Origin: Candidatus Jordarchaeales archaeon
GTDB lineage: Archaea; Asgardarchaeota; Jordiarchaeia; Jordiarchaeales; Freyrarchaeaceae
Assembly: GCA_038889235.1 (NCBI GenBank)
Contig: JAWAHN010000001.1
Coordinates: forward strand, 434,499 to 466,498
DNA length: 32,000 nucleotides
Reading direction: 5' to 3'
In this document: piece after piece, positions 25,578-32,000 of the stretch
Layout of the letters: each line of letters starts with the position of its first letter
Position numbering within the stretch: the first letter of the stretch is position 1
Notes under the pieces: generated by a model
The model's database searches: none
What the model was told of the DNA's origin: nothing
Seen by the model: the letters and a program-made list of their open reading frames with translations, nothing else
Position numbers and translations under genes: made by a program

Positions 25578-26237
25578 TTGAGCGAGGAAGTTGAGGTCAA
25601 AGTTTTTGAAGAAACACCTTTGGAGGAGCGGCTTGAAAGGATAAAGAGTAAAATTATGGAGCAGGCAGAGAAGCAAGCTAATGAGATTTTAGAAGAGGCA
25701 CGTAAAAGAGCAGCCAAGGTTATTGAGGAGGCCGAGAAAAGGGCGGAAAGGAAGGCTAATGAAATACTGAGGAGGGGTAGTGAAGAAGCTGAAAGGGAGA
25801 AGCGAAAAATAATAGCCGAGGCGAAGCTGAAAGCTAGACAAATGGTGACAAAAGCTAAAGAGGAAGGAATAAAGAGAGCGTTTGAAGAGGCGAGGAAAAA
25901 GCTTGAAGAAATTGCATCATCAAAGGACTACGCACAGATCCTTGAAAAGATCATCGAAAGAAGTGCGGTAACGTTAGGCGGCGGAGAACTAGAGGTCGTC
26001 CTTCCAGTGCAGCACGCAGACATAAACTTAAACCTAGGGAAAATATCGGAGGAAGTAAGTAAGAAAACCGGGGTAAAAACAACACTAGAAAAAGCAAAAG
26101 AAACAGTCTACGCTACTGGCGGTGCAATAGTTCGAAAAAAGGACGGAAGCCTACTAATAAATAACACGTTCGAAGCGATATTCGAAAGAGAAGAGAAAAA
26201 TTTCAGAATCAAGACAGCGAAGATATTGTTCGGCTAG
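25578..26237 (+). CDS. atpE: A/V-type ATP synthase subunit E
   Basis: Coiled-coil N-terminus and GGAIV...INNTFEA C-terminal motif. Confidence 0.92.
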   Translation: MSEEVEVKVFEETPLEERLERIKSKIMEQAEKQANEILEEARKRAAKVIEEAEKRAERKANEILRRGSEEAEREKRKIIAEAKLKARQMVTKAKEEGIKRAFEEARKKLEEIASSKDYAQILEKIIERSAVTLGGGELEVVLPVQHADINLNLGKISEEVSKKTGVKTTLEKAKETVYATGGAIVRKKDGSLLINNTFEAIFEREEKNFRIKTAKILFG

Positions 26238-26432
26238 TTCCAATTAATCTTTTAAATAATTCCCATTAAATTTTCCTCCGTTATTTTTACGTAAAAAGGG
26301 CGGCACTCCTATTTTTGGGGATTTTTGAAAAAATGGGAGCCTTAAAAAGATAGCTAGGCAAGTTTGATCGTTTTTCCTGTAAACTTTTCCTGTAAAAAAT
26401 GTAGAGAAAGATGATGAAAGAATGTTTTGTTT

Positions 26433-26765
26433 TTATATGAGCATGAACGCAACAACCAGTCCGTAGATTGCAATAGCCTCTATGAAGACTATGTATATCA
26501 TCGTCCTACCGAAAACTTCGGGCCTCTCTGTTATCGCTCCAATTGCTGCTGCACCCGCAGTCCCCATGCCTACTCCTGCACCAAGACCTGCTAAGCCGAT
26601 GGCCAATCCAGCACCAATGCCTCTCAGAGCAGACTCAAGAGACGGCTGCTGTATTATGTATAATTCTTGTGCTACTACGAGTGACGTCGCATAGGCTAAT
26701 GCCATTGCTAAGGCTATCACTGCAATTTGTAGCAAAAGCATTCTTTTAAGTGGAGACAGGGCCAT
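26433..26765 (-). CDS. atpK: A/V-type ATP synthase proteolipid subunit K (c), single hairpin with an N-terminal hydrophobic leader
   Basis: IGAGLAIGLAGLGAGVG...ERPEVFG...FIEAIAIYGL. Ala follows the carboxylate Glu and there is no Gln in helix 1, which suggests H+ rather than Na+ coupling. Confidence 0.95.
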   Translation of the reverse strand: MALSPLKRMLLLQIAVIALAMALAYATSLVVAQELYIIQQPSLESALRGIGAGLAIGLAGLGAGVGMGTAGAAAIGAITERPEVFGRTMIYIVFIEAIAIYGLVVAFMLI

Positions 26766-26784
26766 TTAAACCACCTTTGAATTT

Positions 26785-27858
26785 TCATGGCGTTACTAAT
26801 ATTAGTTCGCGTATTATTGAGGGGTTCACGCCTTCACTTTTCCCTACGAGGATTATTTTAATGTTTCGTATTTCGTAGTATTTGATGTCGAAGTAGGCGA
26901 GTACAGTGCCTATGTGGAATGGGTAGCCGACCGTGAGGAGGTATGTCTCCTGAATAGAGTACTCTTCAAACGCGTGCTCAAGTGACATTACGGTTGGGTT
27001 TTTTTCATATGCTTCTTTAAGTCTGTGAGCGAGTTCTCTATACGGGGTCGTAGCAAGCATGTTTAAGGCTTCTTCTATGTTTCTAGCAGCTAGTAAGCTT
27101 CTGGCTATTAAAGCCGCTTGAAGAGTGACAACTATCAGGAGGTTTTCGATTACTTGGGGCTCTATTCCCCGCATTTTAGCCCTTATAACAGTCATTATGT
27201 TCGATAGGTCTATTCGTAACCTGAAAAGCTCGTAAGCGTATTTTCGGTCAGCGTGATCTAAGCGCTTTATTGCTTCCCAAATGTCACTATAGAAGTGCTT
27301 GTCTAACTCGGCCTCGAGGGGTATTGTAGACTTTGTTGTCTCGTAACTCTGAAGCGCTTCTTGAAGACGTCTTTTAAGACGCGGGTCGGAGATTCTATCC
27401 ACGAACTGAGTAATATTTTGCGCTGCCAGTAGGCGCTCGTATTCCTCGCTTTCTTCCGGTGTTATGGCGATGAGGTGCTTCTTTACGTGGTCCCTAGGTT
27501 CGCCGCTGTGTATAGCCCGCATTATGGTTTTCAGATTACTGTAGTAGTAAGCACCTTTTAGGTATTTTAAAGTGAAATCCTTAATTTTTTTAGGCAAACC
27601 TTTTATCAAAGAGCTTATTTCCTTCGTGTATACTCGTCTCAGCGCAGCATCCACTTCTTCCATGTCCACTCGGGGCTGTGAAAGAAGCCCAGATAACTCA
27701 TCCCAGTAAGGTGTCGTACTTAGAATGTTTATTGCTTCATTTAAATCTGAGGCTTGGATCATTTTCTCATACTGGGAGATTGTAAGCATCTTCGATTTGA
27801 GGCCCTTTACCCTGGCATTTACAAACGCGTAGTTTCTTGGACCTTTCAGAAAAGACAT
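26785..27858 (-). CDS. atpC: A/V-type ATP synthase subunit C (d/AC39)
   Basis: YAFVNARVKGLKSKML, IDLSNI..VIRAK and EIRNIKII. Confidence 0.92.
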   Translation of the reverse strand: MSFLKGPRNYAFVNARVKGLKSKMLTISQYEKMIQASDLNEAINILSTTPYWDELSGLLSQPRVDMEEVDAALRRVYTKEISSLIKGLPKKIKDFTLKYLKGAYYYSNLKTIMRAIHSGEPRDHVKKHLIAITPEESEEYERLLAAQNITQFVDRISDPRLKRRLQEALQSYETTKSTIPLEAELDKHFYSDIWEAIKRLDHADRKYAYELFRLRIDLSNIMTVIRAKMRGIEPQVIENLLIVVTLQAALIARSLLAARNIEEALNMLATTPYRELAHRLKEAYEKNPTVMSLEHAFEEYSIQETYLLTVGYPFHIGTVLAYFDIKYYEIRNIKIILVGKSEGVNPSIIRELILVTP

Positions 27859-27944
27859 CCCAGACCACCGTCTCCACCTGTGTAAAAGGCGGCCGCCTTA
27901 AATACCACGCTTCAATTTAACCAGCCTGATTCTTAAAAAAATTT

Positions 27945-28337
27945 TTATTCATGGCTCCCTGAGGGTCGCTTGGCGGCTCGCTGGGGCTCGGTCTCAGCGT
28001 CTTTCTGTTGCAATCTTAGTAGTTCGAGTATTTCTGAAGAGCGACTACCAGCCTTCCTCTTGTCAACCTCGCTCCTCATGCGTGTCCTTCCAGCAACGGG
28101 CGTCACACTCAGTCTCTCTTTCCTTTCTAGAACTTGGATAAGTTTATAGGTATTGTATACTCCAAGCATGAATCCTAGAAAGGCTCCAAGGAACGTCGAG
28201 AACGGTTCAACCCACGGAATCTGTTTTCCTATGTAGTATCCTATGTAGGCTCCCGCAACAACCATTACAGGTATCTCGCTTCCAACCATAATCCAACGTC
28301 CAACACTCACCTTAGTGAACCTATCGCTCCTCGGCAA
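27945..28337 (-). CDS. AtpZ/AtpI (ATPase gene 1)-like small membrane protein
   Basis: Two TM helices with G-x3-G patterns (VVAGAYIGYYIGK; FLGAFLGFMLG). Leads the C-K operon. Confidence 0.65.
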   Translation of the reverse strand: MPRSDRFTKVSVGRWIMVGSEIPVMVVAGAYIGYYIGKQIPWVEPFSTFLGAFLGFMLGVYNTYKLIQVLERKERLSVTPVAGRTRMRSEVDKRKAGSRSSEILELLRLQQKDAETEPQRAAKRPSGSHE

Positions 28338-28473
28338 AGTAAAACCTCGCCACTAAAAAGTAGACTTTAAGAAGTTTTAAATTATTCTCTTTTACTTTTA
28401 GATTTAATGGGGGGAGGGGTAGGATTAATAAACTTAGGGCGCTCAATAGGTAATTTACTTGGGGGGCCGTAGC

Positions 28474-31400
28474 ATGGTAAGTAGGCTTAGGGACTTCGGA
28501 GATAAATGGTCCCTTGAAAAGGCTAATAAGTTGTTTGTTAAGGGGGTGGAGGCGGAGGCAAGGGGAGATTTAAGGGAGGCCATTAAGAGGTTCAAGGAGG
28601 CGAGCGAGGGATATGCTTTTCTTGGTGAAAGAATAGCCCTAGCCGACTCCGAGCTGCGTCGGGGCCACTGCACTGCTTTCCAAGCTTTTTCCGAGTGTTT
28701 TGCTGACAAGTTTAAAAGGACCATTGGAGAAGCTATTGAAATAATTAATGAAGCTAGGAAAATATACATTAAAGATTACACGTTGAAGAACGCTGAAAGG
28801 GAGGTTTTAATCAATTGCTGCGTGAATTTCATTAACGCCCTGCAATGTTTGGTGGAAGAAAACATACCAGTCAGATTGGAGATATGTGAAAGGGTTATGA
28901 GGGAGGGAGAAGCGTGCACCGAGCGGCTAGAAAAATTGGAGGATGTCGAAAAGGCAGGCATACTCCTCTTCTGGATTGGACTTGTGTGTTTAAGGTGCGC
29001 GCCGTGGTTTGAAGGAAAAAAGAGGATTAACGTCCTGCAAAAGGCTGCTGAGAGCTTCAGTAAAGCGAAAAAGTATTTTGAAGCAGTTAAGCGGCCGCGT
29101 ACATATCTTTGCCTTGAACAAATGCAAAAGTTATGTGAAGTTATGGTTGTCGTGGAGGGGGCAAACGAGTCGTTTCATCTCCCAACAATGGAGCCGAAAG
29201 ATGAGCGCTGCAGGAGGGTACACAGGTATAGCCTCGCATTTTTAGAGTTAGAAACAGCTGTGAAGGAGAAGTTTTTCGCCGGGAGATGGCAGAGGGTAAG
29301 CGATGTTTTGAACAAGATGAGAGAGATTGTTAGGGAGGTAGAGAACAGTAAAGACTACGTTTTAGCCGCAGACGTTTACTACCTTTTAGCGAAGGCATAC
29401 TGTGAGGCTTTCAAGCTAACCACTTCGAACAATAGGAGAAGAGAGTGGTTAGAGAAGTGTTATGATGTGCTTAAAAAAGCTTACATGTACGCGAAGGGAC
29501 ACATGAGAAGTGACTTAGTGCTCGAAGCCCTCATCATGATGATCAAAGTTATATCGGAATACGTTAGACTAGCTGAGAGCAACGCGTTAAAAATCAGGCT
29601 AGTTAATGAGGGGGCCACGTACAGCCGCGAGGCTTTAAACGAGTTGAAGAAGCTGCATGAAGAAGCAATGGTTATTGGCAAGTTCTACAACAACGTGATT
29701 GGTTACTTGGTTGCCGCAACCGAAATTGAAACAGATGAAAATAAAGCCAGGGAGTTATTGGAAAGCGCGGTTGAGTATAGTGAAGTGGCGTTAGAATACC
29801 TGGAAAAGCTTCCGGAAAAGAGCCCAATAAAAGGAGAACAACTGTACAATCTAGCTGAGGCATACTACAGGCTTGGTAGGAGTGGGATGGGGGAGCTACT
29901 TGAAAAAGCTGCAGAACTAGCTAAGAAGGCGCATGAAAGCTTTGTTATAACTGAGGACCTGGTGGGTGTTATCAGATCATCCATTCTTTCCGGAGACATA
30001 CACAGAGGTATTTTGAAGTGGAGTGGAGAAGAAAGGTATCTTAGGGCGCGACAAGACTACCTAGAAGCCTTGAGGGGGGCTGCAGTCATAGACTGGAAAG
30101 AAATGGAGGGGGAGGTGTTAGTTAGACTAGCGGAGTTGGAGGATGAAGCGGGTAATTATGTTCAATCATCTGAGTATTACATGCAAGCTCTTGAAAAGTT
30201 CAGTAAGGTGATAATTGAAGACAATGAAGTAAAAAATAGGAAGAAAGAGGTCGAGGCGAGAGCTAACATAGAAAAGGGCAAGGATTTGTTGAAAAAGGAA
30301 CCCTTCGAGGCGGCATCTTACTTCAAGAAGGGAGGCGAGCTGCTACTGGGTATTAGCCAGAGAGAGGCGGCGTTCTATCAAGTTTTCGGTGAATTTTTAG
30401 AGGCGGAAGCGGTGGGAATATTGAAGCCAAGTGAGGCTGTGGAACGGCTAAGGAAAGTTGGCAGGCAACTTAAAACCTTGGAGGAAAAGGCCATTAACGG
30501 AAAGGTAAAAACCCTCTTAAAAGTTTGTGAAGGGAGGGAGTACTTGGAGGAGGGGTTGGCGTTTTACGCTAGTGGAGAGAACGCGGCTGCGCTTGTAAAG
30601 TTTTCTATGGCTGCGAAAACACTAGAGGAGGCTGCAAAAACTGAGAGCGACTGGGAAAAAATTGAGGGATACGTGTACTTTGCAAAAGGATTGGAGCGGT
30701 TTGCTAAAGGACAATTAGGATTCAAAGAAGAGTTTTTAGAGGCCGCCAATTTCTTCAAGGAAAGTGTCAAAGTGTTTGTGACCAATAAAATGAAAAATGC
30801 GTCTCTTGGATTCACAGACCTGTGTTATGGATGGTACAAGCTTTTGGAGTTTTCTGAGGAGAGGGGAGAAGAAAACGACTATATTGAGGCGAGGACGCAC
30901 CTAGAAAGGTGCCTGAAGTTTTTCATGAACGCCGGACTGGAGAACTACATTAAGTATGTTGAGGGGTTAGGGTTTCTGCTCGATGGAGAAAGGTACGTTA
31001 AAAAAGGAACAGAGGGAGGGGACTCTGCTGAGAAGTACTATTCGCTCGCAGAGGAGAGTTACGGTAAAGCGAGAGAAAGATTCTTAGAGGCGGGCTATAC
31101 TGGATTAAAAAAGTTGATGGAGGAAAAAATACAAAAATTAAGAGAGGAAAGGGCGAGAAAGGAGTACATTGAGGTTATTTTTGGCAGTCCGACCAGTGAG
31201 GTCCTAGAGGAATTAAAGGATGGTTTTGCTGTCATAAAAATTGAGGAGCCAGCTGATAAAAGCGTCTTCAAAATGGGGGACAAAGTCGACTTGAAATTAG
31301 AGCTGGTGAACGTTGGGGAGGCAAGCGTCCTACTAGAAAGATTGGAGAATGCCGTTCCACAGGAATTTAGAACTATAAGTTCGTCCACGGTGACTATAAA

Positions 31401-31584
31401 AGACGGTGATATAGTCCTCGGTAAAGAGGTGGCACCGTGGGAAAAAACCACTATAGAGTTAAGAGTTGTGGCTGAGAGGAAAGGAGAAGTAATGTACCAG
31501 CCGGTGCTTATTTTTAGGGATAGTAAGAACAGGAAACGGTACTTTAAACCAAGGGGAGTCTCAATACTTATTAGGGAGGATTAG
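28474..31584 (+). CDS. Large alpha-solenoid/TPR-like protein with a C-terminal Ig-like beta-sandwich
   Basis: About 900 aa of helical repeats (A..Y..AA patterns), then VDLKLELVNVG...IELRVVA..KGEVMYQPVLIFRD. ATG at 28474. Confidence 0.75.
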   Translation: MVSRLRDFGDKWSLEKANKLFVKGVEAEARGDLREAIKRFKEASEGYAFLGERIALADSELRRGHCTAFQAFSECFADKFKRTIGEAIEIINEARKIYIKDYTLKNAEREVLINCCVNFINALQCLVEENIPVRLEICERVMREGEACTERLEKLEDVEKAGILLFWIGLVCLRCAPWFEGKKRINVLQKAAESFSKAKKYFEAVKRPRTYLCLEQMQKLCEVMVVVEGANESFHLPTMEPKDERCRRVHRYSLAFLELETAVKEKFFAGRWQRVSDVLNKMREIVREVENSKDYVLAADVYYLLAKAYCEAFKLTTSNNRRREWLEKCYDVLKKAYMYAKGHMRSDLVLEALIMMIKVISEYVRLAESNALKIRLVNEGATYSREALNELKKLHEEAMVIGKFYNNVIGYLVAATEIETDENKARELLESAVEYSEVALEYLEKLPEKSPIKGEQLYNLAEAYYRLGRSGMGELLEKAAELAKKAHESFVITEDLVGVIRSSILSGDIHRGILKWSGEERYLRARQDYLEALRGAAVIDWKEMEGEVLVRLAELEDEAGNYVQSSEYYMQALEKFSKVIIEDNEVKNRKKEVEARANIEKGKDLLKKEPFEAASYFKKGGELLLGISQREAAFYQVFGEFLEAEAVGILKPSEAVERLRKVGRQLKTLEEKAINGKVKTLLKVCEGREYLEEGLAFYASGENAAALVKFSMAAKTLEEAAKTESDWEKIEGYVYFAKGLERFAKGQLGFKEEFLEAANFFKESVKVFVTNKMKNASLGFTDLCYGWYKLLEFSEERGEENDYIEARTHLERCLKFFMNAGLENYIKYVEGLGFLLDGERYVKKGTEGGDSAEKYYSLAEESYGKARERFLEAGYTGLKKLMEEKIQKLREERARKEYIEVIFGSPTSEVLEELKDGFAVIKIEEPADKSVFKMGDKVDLKLELVNVGEASVLLERLENAVPQEFRTISSSTVTIKDGDIVLGKEVAPWEKTTIELRVVAERKGEVMYQPVLIFRDSKNRKRYFKPRGVSILIRED

Positions 31585-31587
31585 ACG

Positions 31588-31962
31588 TTGATACGCGCCG
31601 TGTGGATAATAGATGAGAAGAACTCCTTTTTCAGGTCGTACGAGAAGAGCGATGTAGATTATAGTTTGATAAGCGGGCTTTTAACAGCGATCAAAACGTT
31701 TGTCAAAGACATGTCAGGAGGAAATGTGTCGTCAATAGATCTTGAGGATAGGACGTTCGTGTACAAGATAACGGGGGAAAAAATATTCATAATTTATAGT
31801 GATGAGAAGGAAGAGTTGGATAAAGTATTCGAAAAACTGGAAGAGCTATGCTTATCGATTGGAGAGAAGGAAGAACTGTCTAGAAGGATAGACAAAGTGA
31901 TTGAGAGTTATAATAGAAGGAAGAGGCTTGAGAAGCTCGATGAGCTTCTTCAAAAAATATAG
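31588..31962 (+). CDS. Longin-domain protein
   Basis: MIRAVWII...FFRSY...LISGLLTAI..F...G.VSSI...FVY...FII, a longin beta-beta-alpha-beta-beta-beta-alpha pattern. Confidence 0.75.
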   Translation: MIRAVWIIDEKNSFFRSYEKSDVDYSLISGLLTAIKTFVKDMSGGNVSSIDLEDRTFVYKITGEKIFIIYSDEKEELDKVFEKLEELCLSIGEKEELSRRIDKVIESYNRRKRLEKLDELLQKI

Positions 31963-32000
31963 TCAAAAAATATAGTTCGATTCATAATGCTTTTTAGTGA

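Noticed and set aside
26372-26396. Direct repeat ttttcctgtaaa x2 between convergent ATPase genes
   Set aside because: Only two copies in an AT-rich terminator zone. It is not a CRISPR array and no function can be supported.
42-31451. Numerous overlapping or antisense track ORFs (e.g. 42..410, 1385..1843, 4884..5408, 7485..8042, 14841..15287, 19281..19769, 25098..25454, 31095..31451)
   Set aside because: They are shadows of well-supported genes on the opposite strand or another frame, with Ser/Phe/Leu-rich composition and no motifs.
1-32000. Mobile elements, CRISPR arrays, rRNA, tRNA-Sec
   Set aside because: No transposase, integrase, repeat-spacer array, rRNA-like segment or TCA-anticodon tRNA was seen.

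Overview
This is a 32-kb archaeal chromosomal segment, very likely from an Asgard lineage: it carries a gelsolin-like gene, a longin-domain gene, a two-domain eukaryote-like Rpo5 and a eukaryote-type SECIS. The main signal is one the ORF track hides: two protein-coding genes appear to contain short bulge-helix-bulge (BHB) introns of the kind cut by the archaeal tRNA splicing endonuclease. (1) EF-2 is split by a 29-nt, stop-containing, frameshifting intron (11437-11465) in the G3 motif; removing it restores DTPGHVDFTGH and a 734-aa protein. (2) mvhD has a 21-nt intron (6743-6763) ending 1 nt before a selenocysteine UGA; removing it restores the CxxU motif. A tRNA-Gln(CTG) between them has two non-canonical-position introns (15/16 and 53/54). 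The hdrA-mvhD operon has four in-frame UGA codons at conserved Cys positions, and a eukaryote-like SECIS candidate lies inside the 3' end of the mvhD coding sequence. Other content: scattered A/V-type ATPase genes (I; H-E; atpZ-like-C-K), panB, an FdhB-like ferredoxin, an MSMEG_0568-type radical SAM, an ACD-alpha homolog lacking its phospho-His loop, an S8 protease/HD/nucleotidyltransferase cluster, an MBL hydrolase, GH15, ThiF/MoeB, a VOC protein and a large alpha-solenoid + Ig-like protein paired with a longin. All structures were derived by hand; no searches were run.
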